DNA from: Spirochaetia bacterium
Lineage (GTDB): Bacteria; Spirochaetota; Spirochaetia; SZUA-6; Fen-1364
Assembly (NCBI GenBank): GCA_049515615.1
Contig: JBEKTX010000002.1
Coordinates: 1-42,181 of the forward strand
DNA length: 42,181 bases
Direction of reading: 5' to 3'
The notes beneath the pieces were generated by a model that saw only the letters and a program-made list of their open reading frames with translations, was not told the origin of the DNA and did no database searches. Shown here one piece after another: positions 21,278-30,215 of the stretch; the stretch's first letter is position 1, and each line of letters begins with the position of its first letter. Made by a program: the position numbers and the translations under genes.

Positions 21278-21333
21278 ACGGTTTCTACGGTTGCCAAGAC
21301 CGTAGGCCGGATGTTGGAGTCATCTCCGAGACA
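21278..21333 (+). repeat. degenerate direct repeat of the tRNA-Arg 3' half (att-like scar / pseudo-tRNA)
   Basis: 21299-21333 (accgtaggccggatgttggagtcatctccgagaca) matches tRNA positions 21146-21180 at 30 of 35 nt. 21278-21287 (gacggtttct) also resembles the anticodon stem-loop region. No complementary 5' acceptor strand is present, so it cannot fold as a tRNA. Confidence 0.7.
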
Positions 21334-21444
21334 TTTGTCAGTGCCATGATGGTGGAAGCTCTCGCCGCCAGCGGCCGAGGGCTACGATGCCGCACATGCC
21401 GACATACCGATCTCCCTTCCTATCCACCCGCAGGAGTCTCGGTT

Positions 21445-22674
21445 CTATTTCCCGCCAATGCTGGAGTCCAGAATGCTGATCAGGTCCTGCCAGGGAATGG
21501 CCACGATGCCCTGGCCGAGACTGACCCTTCTCGGCGCGCGGCATACAACATAGCCGGCTTTAGCTGTAGGGTACTCATCCAGGAAGAGCCGCAGGTGACG
21601 TGCGTCAGATGCGCTGGGAGCCGTGGTCCACTTCACCTCGATCGGAGTGTAGTGACCTTCCTGGTCGGAGATCCAGTCGATCTCCGGGCCATCCGGATCG
21701 CGCCAGAAGCGTATGCGCGTTGAGGGCGCCGCCGCGCGTGACCAACGTAACAACTCCAGTCCCACCCATTGCTCGAAGAGCTGCCCCCACCGCGCAGGCA
21801 ACACCCGCCGGCCTTCCCGGGCAGCCACGCGCCGAACGCCCATGTCGAACAGCAGGTACTTGTCAGAGCGGGTGAGCTTCTTTCGTGTCGTGCTTGCCGT
21901 GAGCGGCTCGATCCTCTCAGCGATGAGGCAATCTTCGAGTACCTGGTAGTAGGCCGCGATCGTCGTGTGGGCGACGCCGACGTCCCCGGCGAGCCCGCGA
22001 AGGTTGACGATGCTTCCTGCCTCCGCGGCGGCCAGCTCGAGGAACCGGGCGAAAGCGCCCAGGCTTCGGACCGCCGCCTCTGCCCGTACCTCCTCCTCGA
22101 GGTACGTCGTGACGTACGCGGCAAGATCGGCCTCGCGGTCCACGGCGTCCTGCACCGCGGTGATGCCCGGCAGCGAGCCGTCGGTCAACGCGTCCTCGAG
22201 ACGCCGCGGGACCCGCTCGCGCAGCGAAAGCGGATCGAGGCGGAAGACCAGCGTGCGCCCGGGGAGCAGGTTCGCGGATGTTCCGCGCCTCAGCTTGCGC
22301 GCGCTGGATCCCGTCAGGATGAAGCGGGCGCGGCCGCGGTCCACAAGGTCCTGCACCTCGTCCAGCAGGCCGGGCACCTTCTGGACCTCGTCCAACACGA
22401 CGAGCGGAGCTGCCGCCCCTCCCGCCTTCAACGCCTCGACCTCCCCGCGGAGGAGCCCTGGCGATCTCTCGTAACGAAGCCGGACGTCGGGCAGGGAGAG
22501 CGAAACACGCATCGCACATGGTATGCGGTCGACCAGCGTGGTCTTCCCGGTCTGCCTTGCTCCAAACAGGAAAAGGGATTTGCCCCGCGCGAGTGCCTGC
22601 CGCAGGGGGTCCTCAAGGGCGCGAGGGATGTAGTCCATGCACTCCATTTTCGGCGGAATTGGAGTGTTTGTCAA
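21445..22674 (-). CDS. AAA+ ATPase with C-terminal DUF4143-type domain
   Basis: YIPR...LFLFGARQTGKTTLV Walker A, LVVLDEVQ Walker B, and a C-terminal region typical of AAA_14/DUF4143 proteins (...EIDWI....YTPIEVKW). The start may instead be ATG 22647 or 22638. Confidence 0.85.
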   Translation of the reverse strand: MTNTPIPPKMECMDYIPRALEDPLRQALARGKSLFLFGARQTGKTTLVDRIPCAMRVSLSLPDVRLRYERSPGLLRGEVEALKAGGAAAPLVVLDEVQKVPGLLDEVQDLVDRGRARFILTGSSARKLRRGTSANLLPGRTLVFRLDPLSLRERVPRRLEDALTDGSLPGITAVQDAVDREADLAAYVTTYLEEEVRAEAAVRSLGAFARFLELAAAEAGSIVNLRGLAGDVGVAHTTIAAYYQVLEDCLIAERIEPLTASTTRKKLTRSDKYLLFDMGVRRVAAREGRRVLPARWGQLFEQWVGLELLRWSRAAAPSTRIRFWRDPDGPEIDWISDQEGHYTPIEVKWTTAPSASDARHLRLFLDEYPTAKAGYVVCRAPRRVSLGQGIVAIPWQDLISILDSSIGGK

Positions 22675-22723
22675 CCGGGTTCCGTGGGTTTGGCTACGGC
22701 GGCAGTGAGGCAGCGAATACTGT

Positions 22724-24066
22724 TTGGCCGTCTATCCATGCGTGGCAGGCCAATTCGCTCTGCCCTTGGATGCGACGGCCCCGGGCACTTACCAACCGCG
22801 GGGTACAAGCTCGCTGCAGAGGCTCTTTCGCGTTCATCTTCCCGAGCTCCTCGCACGATACGACGCCGAGTTCGCCGCACGCTTGGGCAAGTACCGCCAG
22901 CAGCGCATCGCGAAGGCCCTGGAGCGCTTTCTGGACTGCGGGGACTATTCCATGGGCGTGGCCAGGATCAAGTGCACCAACCCGCAGTCCAAGAGCGAGT
23001 ACTTCCGCCCGTTCAGCTGCAAGGTCTTCCATCTCTGTCCTTCATGCTCGCAGAAGCGCACGCTGCTCTTCGGCGAGTACATGAACGAGCGGCTGCTGCT
23101 GCGCCTGCCCCACCGCCAGATCGTCTTCACTTTCCCCAAGGTCCTGCGCCTCTTCTTCCGCCATGACCACGAGCTCTTCGGTGTGGTCAGCAGACTCGCC
23201 TACCGCATGATGCAGGACTTCTACAGCACGGCCGCCGGCAGGAAGGTCCAGGGGGCCGCCGTCATTGCCTACGCCTCGGCGGGAGACTTCGTGCGATTCA
23301 ATCCCCACCTGCACGGCATCTTCCTCGAAGGCGGCTTCGATCGCAAAGGGCGATTCGTGCACGTGCCCTCGGTGGACCTGCAACGGCTGGCCCAGTACTA
23401 CCGCGCCTCCATGGTTACCTTCTTCCTCAAGCGCTCGCTCATCAACGAGCGCTTGGCCAGGAGCATGCTGAGCTGGACCCACAGCGGCTTCAGCCTGGAC
23501 ATGTCGGTGAAGATACCCGCCTCCTCCTCCCGAACCCGTGAGGCCCTGGCCCAGTACGTCGCCCGCTCCCCGGTCTCCCTGAGCAAGATGCTGGAGGAAG
23601 AACATGAGGGAAGTGTCCTGTACCGCTCGGAGTACAATCCCTACTTCAAGACCAACGCCCGCCTGTTCCCCGCCCGGGAGCTCCTCGTCCAACTCCTGCA
23701 GCACCTGCCCGATGCTCGGACCCACCTGGTGCGCCGCTACGGGTTGTACTCCTCCCCTTCCCGCGGCACATGGATTGAAAAGCCCTGACTGGTGCGCCTG
23801 GCCCCCGAGGGATGGCTGGAGCAGCACCCGGAGCAGCCTCCACCGCATGTGCGAGCCGTCCTCCAGGAGAGTGCCCAGCCGTCCGTCTCCACTCGGGAAT
23901 CCCGTTCCGCCTGGGCACGTCTGCTGGCCAAAGCCTACGAAGTGGACGCCTTGCGCTGTAGCCGCTGCGGCTCCCCGAAGAAGGTGCTGGCCTTCATTAC
24001 CAATCCCCAATAGTGCCGCAGGATCTTTCTGCACCTGATCAAGACCGGCCTTGCCCCTCCCGGCAT
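22724..24066 (+). mobile_element. IS91-family (HUH/Y2 rolling-circle) transposase gene, inactivated by two in-frame stops
   Basis: Zn-binding region CGDYSMGVARIKCTNP...FRPFSCKVFHLCPSCSQKR, HUH-like FNPHLHGIF, Tyr motif VRRYGLYSS, and C-terminal LLAKAYEVDALRCSRCGSPKKVLAFI...RRIFLHL. The same frame is kept throughout but is interrupted by TGA 23786-23788 and TAG 24011-24013. Confidence 0.75.
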
Positions 24067-24069
24067 AGA

Positions 24070-24564
24070 GGCATCTTGGCGCTGGTGGTCAGCATCATCA
24101 AAGGCGAAACCAGCATCCAAGAGGCCGCACGGGCGCATGGGTTGCCTGTCGCGGACCTCGAGGACTGGAAGGAACGGTTCTTCCTTGGCGCAGATAATGC
24201 GTTGCGAGCTCGGCCGAAGGATGATGAGGCCCTGCGCGAGGAGCAGGCCAAGAAGTTGAAGCAGAATATTGGTGACCTGGGACTGATCTTCCAGAGCAGA
24301 CAGTTTCGCGCAGCCTGCCGCGACTATCGACTCACGCAGGAGTTCATCACGCCGTACACCCCCGAACAGAACGGTATCATCGAGAGATTCTTCCGTAGCC
24401 TGAAAGATGAGTGTGTCTGGCAGCACAGCTTTCACAGTTTCGCTGAAGCCAAGGCGGCCATCCGTCAGTGGATCGAGTGGTACAATGTCGGTCGGCCGCA
24501 TCAGTCGCTGGGATACAAAATCCCTCGCGAGTACAGGACCCAATTACAGCAGTCGGTGGCTTGA
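24070..24564 (+). mobile_element. remnant of an rve-type (IS3/IS481-like) transposase with an internal deletion
   Basis: An OrfA-like HTH and coiled-coil region (IKGETSIQEAARAHGLPVADLEDWKERF...KKLKQNIGDL) is joined directly to the extreme C-terminus of an integrase-core domain (FITPYTPEQNGIIERFFRSLKDEC...WYNVGRPHQSLGY). The two catalytic Asp regions are missing. Confidence 0.7.
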
Positions 24565-24694
24565 AAGATTGGGAGCACTACAAGGTCGCGGCCCGCACCA
24601 GCGCGCCTGCGCGCACCAACCAGCACCTTCTCGTTCAACATTAATTCCCTCTATTCGAATTTTCTTTACTTGACCTGACTGACTAATTCTTCTT

Positions 24695-25690
24695 CTACGC
24701 TTTCGCTGCAACTACGGTTTTCTTGCCGATATTCTTTATAATCTTCTCATTTAAAACTATGGCCAGAACAAAAATAACGCCTTTCAAAATACTCTGCCAG
24801 AATGTTAATATATTCAACATATTCAGGCCATTTCCCAGACATGCGACAACCAGGGCGCCAAAAAAAGTACCGATAACGGAACCTTTACCGCCTGAAAGGC
24901 TTGTGCCCCCCAAAATGATTGCGAGAATTACGTCAAATTCAAAACCAACCGCACCTCTCGGATCACCGGCGCTTAATCTTGATGCGGACATGACGCCCGC
25001 AAACCCGGCAAGCCCTCCAATAATAACAAAGATGGAAAAAATGATCGCTCCCGTATTAATTCCAGAAAAGAAGGCCGCGTTTTTATTTCCGCCTATAGCC
25101 AGCGCATATTTTCCAAGAAGCGTCTTTTTTTCAATGAACACAAAGATAATCAGCGCAATGATTATAAATACAACAAATATCGGTAATCCAAAGAAATATC
25201 TGCTTGCTAAATAGCCTATTTCCGGGGGCATATTGTCGCGTATAGTTGCTCCATTAGCAAATATCAGGGCAATTCCTCTGGAAATATACATCATACATAA
25301 CGTAGCGATAAAAGGGGGGAAATTAAATTTCGTAACCATTGTTCCATTTATAATACCTATGATGATTCCAACACCAACCGCAATAATTCCTGCCGGAATT
25401 AAAGCCATCCCGTTTTTGATCATGAAAGCGTAGACACAACCTGTAAAAGCGACGACGCTTCCCGTAGACAGGTCAAAATTCCCCGTCATCATAAGAATTG
25501 TTGCTGCAGAAGCGACAATAATAATCATCGCTGTTTGTTTCAACACATAAAAATAATTATCAATTTGAAAGAAACTATCATATGCGGTTATGATAAAAAA
25601 AATGTTTATTAACAGGAAAAATGTAACAATAATAGATATTGGATTTCTATATATTTTTGAAAAATCTATTTTCCTATTCATATTATTCAC
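24695..25690 (-). CDS. CUT2-type sugar ABC transporter permease (RbsC-like), low-GC
   Basis: Polytopic hydrophobic protein with the RbsC/branched-chain permease pattern (GNFDLSTGSV, ATLCMMYISRG, GGTSLSGGKGSV). AT-rich codon usage. Confidence 0.9.
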   Translation of the reverse strand: MNNMNRKIDFSKIYRNPISIIVTFFLLINIFFIITAYDSFFQIDNYFYVLKQTAMIIIVASAATILMMTGNFDLSTGSVVAFTGCVYAFMIKNGMALIPAGIIAVGVGIIIGIINGTMVTKFNFPPFIATLCMMYISRGIALIFANGATIRDNMPPEIGYLASRYFFGLPIFVVFIIIALIIFVFIEKKTLLGKYALAIGGNKNAAFFSGINTGAIIFSIFVIIGGLAGFAGVMSASRLSAGDPRGAVGFEFDVILAIILGGTSLSGGKGSVIGTFFGALVVACLGNGLNMLNILTFWQSILKGVIFVLAIVLNEKIIKNIGKKTVVAAKA

Positions 25691-27207
25691 TCACCCTCTG
25701 CAATAATTTTTATAATCTGGTCGTTATCAATATTTTTTCCGTTCTTAACAATGGCAGATACTCTCCCATTATTCATAAATACGATTCTGTCGCATAAATG
25801 AAGAATTTCCGGTAGTTCCGATGAAAATACGATAACGCCTTTCCCTTGATTCGCAAGATTTCTTGTTATATCGTGAATTTCAAGTTTTGCTCCGACATCT
25901 ATGCCTCTGGTCGGTTCATCCATTAGAAGCACATCGCTTTCCCTGTTCAGACACTTGGATATAACAACCTTCTGCTGATTTCCTCCGCTTAAAAACGCGG
26001 CTTTCTGCTCCCTGTCTCTGGCCGCAATAGAAAGCATCTTGATGTAGTCATCCGCAATTTTGTTTTCTTTTGGCCTGCTAATGATACCATTTTTAAGAAT
26101 CGACTTGATTTTCATCATTGGAATGTTATCTTTAATAGATAGTTTCCCAAAAATCCCATCTTCTCTTCTTTCCTCGGGGATCATCGCAATGCCGTTTTTC
26201 AAAGCATCCCTTACTCTTTTATATTTTGCTATCTTTCCTTTAATAAATATATCCCCAGAATAGACATCAATTCCAAAAAGAACACGCGCCACTTCGCTTT
26301 TTCCCGCTCCCATCAATCCGTAAAATCCCAGAATTTCACCCTTGAAAAGATCAAAACTTACATTCTTTAATAGATCAGTATTTAAGTTTCTAACCTCTAG
26401 AAATTTTTCTGAATAATCAGTCTTACTTGGTATGTAGGATTCAATAACGACCCTTCCAAGCATCATTTTAACCAGTTCCAAACAAGCATCGGATGTATCA
26501 CCTTTGCATTCCTTATTGATTTCTTGAACAGTTTTAGTTGCGATGATTTTCCCGTCTCTTAGCACAGTCACAAAATCGCCTATTTCAAATACTTCGCTTA
26601 ATTTATGAGATATGTAAATAACCGTCATCCCGTTTTCTTTTAATTTCTTAACAACTTCAAATATTTTACTGGTTTCTTCCTCGCTTAATGAAGCTGTGGG
26701 CTCATCCATTACCAGTACCTTGCAGTCAATTGAAACCGCCTTGACAATTTCAATAATCTGTTTTTGCGCGGTGCTCAGCTCTCCTACCATCATATTAAGC
26801 TTAACTGTCTTATCGAGTTCTTTTAAGATCGAAAGCATTTTATCAAGGCTATCATCCTTCTGGATCATGCCAAATTTATGCTTCTCCCTGCCAAGTGTGA
26901 GATTTTCTTCGACAGTCAGGTCATTCACCACATTTAATTCCTGGTATATGGCGACAATACCATGATTTTTCGCGTCTTTAACGCTTTTTGGATCAAATGG
27001 TTTATCGTTAAGAATTATATCGCCCTTGGTTTTATTAACAACTCCCGTTAATATTTTAATAAATGTCGATTTACCCGAACCATTTTCACCTATAATACAA
27101 TGTATAGTATTTCTCTTTATATCAAAAACAATATTATCAAGGGCATGAACCCCTGGATACAGTTTATCTATTCCCTTAATACTTAATATAAAATCATTAT
27201 CCATCAT
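25687..27207 (-). CDS. sugar ABC transporter ATP-binding protein with duplicated NBDs (RbsA/MglA-like), low-GC
   Basis: Walker A GENGSGKST, signature LSTAQKQ / LSGGNQQK, Walker B LVMDEPT / LLMDEPT, giving two nucleotide-binding domains. 4-nt overlaps with both permease genes. Confidence 0.95.
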   Translation of the reverse strand: MMDNDFILSIKGIDKLYPGVHALDNIVFDIKRNTIHCIIGENGSGKSTFIKILTGVVNKTKGDIILNDKPFDPKSVKDAKNHGIVAIYQELNVVNDLTVEENLTLGREKHKFGMIQKDDSLDKMLSILKELDKTVKLNMMVGELSTAQKQIIEIVKAVSIDCKVLVMDEPTASLSEEETSKIFEVVKKLKENGMTVIYISHKLSEVFEIGDFVTVLRDGKIIATKTVQEINKECKGDTSDACLELVKMMLGRVVIESYIPSKTDYSEKFLEVRNLNTDLLKNVSFDLFKGEILGFYGLMGAGKSEVARVLFGIDVYSGDIFIKGKIAKYKRVRDALKNGIAMIPEERREDGIFGKLSIKDNIPMMKIKSILKNGIISRPKENKIADDYIKMLSIAARDREQKAAFLSGGNQQKVVISKCLNRESDVLLMDEPTRGIDVGAKLEIHDITRNLANQGKGVIVFSSELPEILHLCDRIVFMNNGRVSAIVKNGKNIDNDQIIKIIAEGE

Positions 27208-28175
27208 GAACCTCCCGGGTACTTGCGCTTTCTCAACATCTGGTCCGCAAAAACGGCGATTATCAGAAGCGCTCCCTTTGTTACTTCCTGATAAAAATAT
27301 GGTACGTTTAGCAGATTTAATCCATTCGCGACCAGGCCAACAATAAATGCTCCAAGTATCATTCCAAATGTAGAACCTTCACCACCAAGCATACTGGTGC
27401 CGCCAAGAAATATTGCCAGAAGCACATCAAATTCCATCCCGGTACCAATATTCGGATATGCCGATCCTACGCGGGATACCTGAATAACACCGCATAATCC
27501 GGCAAGCAAGCCTACAATCATGTATATTATGATTAAAACACTTGGAACATTTATCCCTGAAAGTTTTGAAGCGCTTTTATTACAGCCGATAGAATAACTA
27601 TATCTTCCAAGAACCGTTTTCTTCTCAATGAATATGAAAATTGCAACTACTATTATCATAAAAATGATAATGATTGGAATAACACCGAAAAGGTTTGTTC
27701 TTCCGAAATCGCTGAAATCCGGCGGAAGCCCCGCCGATATGTTCGCTCCGCCGTCCCATCTGGCAATAAGATAGGCAAAACCTCTCGCCGCATACATGGA
27801 ACCCATTGTAGCGATAAAGGGATTTACATTCAGGACCGCAACCATGATTCCGTTTGAAGCTCCCCATAGAATACCCAAAATGCAGCAAAACAGGATTGAC
27901 CATTCAATCGGTAGCACATTTTTTGTCATATAAGCGTGCATGATCGCGCAGAAAGCGAATACGCTTCCAACCGACAGGTCAAAATTTCCTGTAATCATAA
28001 GAAGATTAGCTGCCGAAGCGACAATAATCAGCGGAGCTATTTGAAGCAGTATATTGACAAAATTATCAATATTGAAAAATTTCGATGATAAAATTGACAT
28101 TACCAGGGTTATCACAAGTATCACACTGACAAGTACTGTTTTCTGCTGATCGAATCGTTCTAAAATTTTAAACAT
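27204..28175 (-). CDS. CUT2-type sugar ABC transporter permease (RbsC-like), low-GC
   Basis: GNFDLSVGSV, ATMGSMYAARG and GGTSMLGGEGS motifs parallel the other permease. Start at ATG 28175 (MFKILERF). The track extension to 28247 runs up to the edge of the low-GC block and is not permease-like. Confidence 0.9.
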   Translation of the reverse strand: MFKILERFDQQKTVLVSVILVITLVMSILSSKFFNIDNFVNILLQIAPLIIVASAANLLMITGNFDLSVGSVFAFCAIMHAYMTKNVLPIEWSILFCCILGILWGASNGIMVAVLNVNPFIATMGSMYAARGFAYLIARWDGGANISAGLPPDFSDFGRTNLFGVIPIIIIFMIIVVAIFIFIEKKTVLGRYSYSIGCNKSASKLSGINVPSVLIIIYMIVGLLAGLCGVIQVSRVGSAYPNIGTGMEFDVLLAIFLGGTSMLGGEGSTFGMILGAFIVGLVANGLNLLNVPYFYQEVTKGALLIIAVFADQMLRKRKYPGGS

Positions 28176-28319
28176 CACAAACCGTCCTGTTATATTATAA
28201 AATGACCAACGGCGGGCAGGAGTCGGGCGGAGGGGCAATATATACAAAGCATAGCTTTTAAGGATTTTTTGCAGCTGCCGGACGCCTGTCTGGTGACGGT
28301 GTACACTTGCGGGACGACT

Positions 28320-28382
28320 CTACGCGATGGCTGTGGCGAGCACGCTGGGAATCAGCGCCGCCATGAGGATCTTCTTCACCAT
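28320..28382 (-). pseudogene. 20-codon high-GC relic encoding only a signal-peptide-like sequence (MVKKILMAALIPSVLATAIA)
   Basis: AGGAGGAGAGAG RBS (reverse complement of 28385-28396) is followed by ATG 28382, a typical secretory or solute-binding-protein leader, then TAG. It sits exactly between the kinase gene and the low-GC block boundary. Confidence 0.4.
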
Positions 28383-28428
28383 CTCTCTCCTCCTGTTAAT
28401 TCTCTCTCCGGCCTGACAGGCCGGTTGT

Positions 28429-29970
28429 CTACTTCTGCAAATCGGCCAGCGCGGCGAACACGCCGCTTCGGTCGAGGCCCTCGTAGCCCCGGCAGTACAC
28501 GTCATAAAGCCGCGCGTAGGTCTGCACGTTCTCTGGGATAGGCTCGAAGCGCTCGTCGAGCCGGACCATCGCGTCCGCTCCTTCCTCGATGGAGGAGAAG
28601 ACCGCGGCGCCCACGCCCCCCAGGATGGCGGCGCCCAGCACGGTGGCGTCCGTGACCTTCAGCGTTGTCACGGGCACGCCGTACACATCAGCCTGGATCT
28701 GGTTCCACACGCGGGACTTCGTGGGACCGCCCAGGAGGCGGGCTTCCGTCACCCGGAGTCCCGATCGTGCCATGGAGCTCACCATGTCCTTCATGTCCAG
28801 CGTGATGCCTTCCATGAACGCCCGGGCGATGTCGAACCGGGTGTGCGAGAACGTGAGCCCCACAATCGTTCCCCGGGCCAGGGGATTGTACCGGGGCGTT
28901 CCAGCGGCCGCGAAATAGGGGAGTACAAGCAGTCCGCGGGATCCGGCGGGTACCGCGGAGACACGGTCGTTCATGAAGTCGTAATAGTTGCGGCCGCCGG
29001 TCTCGGCATCGCGGGCTTCCTGCGCGCCGAACCGCTCCTTGAACCAGCGGTAAACGCTGGCCGCCGCCGCCTGGTATCCCTCGAGAAGCCAATGCCCTTT
29101 GATCGGATGGGCCGTCACGATCATCCGTCCCTCCGCGTCGCGGATGGGGGCGTCCAGGAACGCAGCCACCGCCCCCGCCGTCCCCATGGAAACCGAAATT
29201 AGCCCCCCGCGAACGATTCCGGCGCCGACCGCGCCCGCGCTCTGGTCCCCGGCGCCGACGCTCACCTGCGTTCCGGCCCGCAGGCCGATGCGCGAGGCAG
29301 CCGACGACGAGATCCGGGCCACGGGCGTTCCCGATGGCCGCGGAACCGGCAACAGCGAGGCGTCGATGCCGAATAGTTGCAGCAAGCGTGCGTTCCAGCA
29401 TCCCGCCGCGGAGTCAAAAAAGCCGAAATAGCCCGCGTCGTTCCAGTCCACCACGTAATCGTCCGCGCCGAGCGCCCGCACGAAATAGTCGTGCATCTGT
29501 ACGACCCGGCGCGTCTTGTTCCAGACTTCCGGCTCGTTTCGGCGGACCCACATCATCTTGGACAGGAGCCACGTCGTGCTGTTGGGATATCCCGTGAGCC
29601 GGTAGAGCTCCCTCTCATCAATCCGGGCGGCGATTTCCTTCACTTCCGCGGTGGTACGGTTGTCCTGCCAGGAAATCATGGGCCGCACCTGGTGGTCATT
29701 CGCGTCCAGGAAGATCCCGCAACAGCGCTGCGCGGACAGTGACAGGGACACGATGGCCTTCGGCGGGACGTTGCTGGCCCGCACGGCTTCCGCCATGGCC
29801 TGCATGGTGGATTCCACCAGGAGATCCGCGTCCTGCTCGACCCAGCCCGGACGGGGATACGTGCAGGGATACTCCCGGTAGCCCGCGCCAAGCGCGGTTC
29901 CCGCGAGATCGAAGACCATGCCCTTGGCGCCGGAGGTGCCGATGTCGATTCCCGCCAGATAGGTCTCCAT
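28429..29970 (-). CDS. FGGY-family carbohydrate kinase (xylulokinase/glycerol kinase-like), intact copy B
   Basis: N-terminal LAGIDIGTSGAKGMVFD, YPRPGWVEQD and a C-terminal GGPTKSRVWNQIQADV-type FGGY signature. High-GC. Confidence 0.9.
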   Translation of the reverse strand: METYLAGIDIGTSGAKGMVFDLAGTALGAGYREYPCTYPRPGWVEQDADLLVESTMQAMAEAVRASNVPPKAIVSLSLSAQRCCGIFLDANDHQVRPMISWQDNRTTAEVKEIAARIDERELYRLTGYPNSTTWLLSKMMWVRRNEPEVWNKTRRVVQMHDYFVRALGADDYVVDWNDAGYFGFFDSAAGCWNARLLQLFGIDASLLPVPRPSGTPVARISSSAASRIGLRAGTQVSVGAGDQSAGAVGAGIVRGGLISVSMGTAGAVAAFLDAPIRDAEGRMIVTAHPIKGHWLLEGYQAAAASVYRWFKERFGAQEARDAETGGRNYYDFMNDRVSAVPAGSRGLLVLPYFAAAGTPRYNPLARGTIVGLTFSHTRFDIARAFMEGITLDMKDMVSSMARSGLRVTEARLLGGPTKSRVWNQIQADVYGVPVTTLKVTDATVLGAAILGGVGAAVFSSIEEGADAMVRLDERFEPIPENVQTYARLYDVYCRGYEGLDRSGVFAALADLQK

Positions 29971-29978
29971 GGCCGTCG

Positions 29979-30146
29979 CTACAACGAGTCCTTGTACATC
30001 TGGATGACGTCCGCGCGGCCGAACGGCTTCAGGCTGCAGTTCAGGCAGTCGCCCATGGTCTTGAAGGTGGAATCCGTCATGGCCTCGATCATCTCCTCCT
30101 TGACGCCCAGGTCATGCATGCGAACCCGGCAGCCGAACCTTTCCAC
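29979..30146 (-). pseudogene. C-terminal fragment (about 55 codons) of an iron-containing alcohol dehydrogenase, copy B
   Basis: ERFGCRVRMHDLGVKEEMIEAMTDSTFKTMGDCLNCSLKPFGRADVIQMYKDSL aligns with the C-terminus of the intact ADH at 32234-33415 (EKFGCRVRMSDLGVKASMIEAMADSAFKTMAGCLNCSLKSLSRADVIALYKASL). Confidence 0.8.
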
Positions 30147-30189
30147 AAAACAAAGAGAAAGGATAAAGTATTTCATTTATCCTTTCTCT
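30142..30189 (-). terminator. rho-independent terminator of the low-GC solute-binding-protein gene
   Basis: A perfect 14-bp inverted repeat, AGAGAAAGGATAAA (30154-30167) / TTTATCCTTTCTCT (30176-30189), with an 8-nt loop. On the minus strand it is followed by TTTGTTTTGTGG. Confidence 0.7.
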
Positions 30190-30215
30190 AAATTAATCTT
30201 TTCTTGCTATATGGA

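Noticed and set aside
21278-21333. A second functional tRNA gene.
   Set aside because: Only the anticodon-stem-like and 3'-half segments are present. There is an insertion in the anticodon region, the T-loop is altered (TTGGAGT), and there is no complementary 5' acceptor strand.
23786-24013. In-frame TGA/TAG codons in the IS91-like gene (and TAG at 40697 in the lactonase relic) as evidence for selenocysteine, pyrrolysine or codon reassignment.
   Set aside because: TGA terminates trpE, trpGD, trpCF, trpB and trpA, and TAG terminates radC and eno, at positions consistent with full-length proteins. Both codons therefore function as stops here. The affected genes sit in a region full of other relics.
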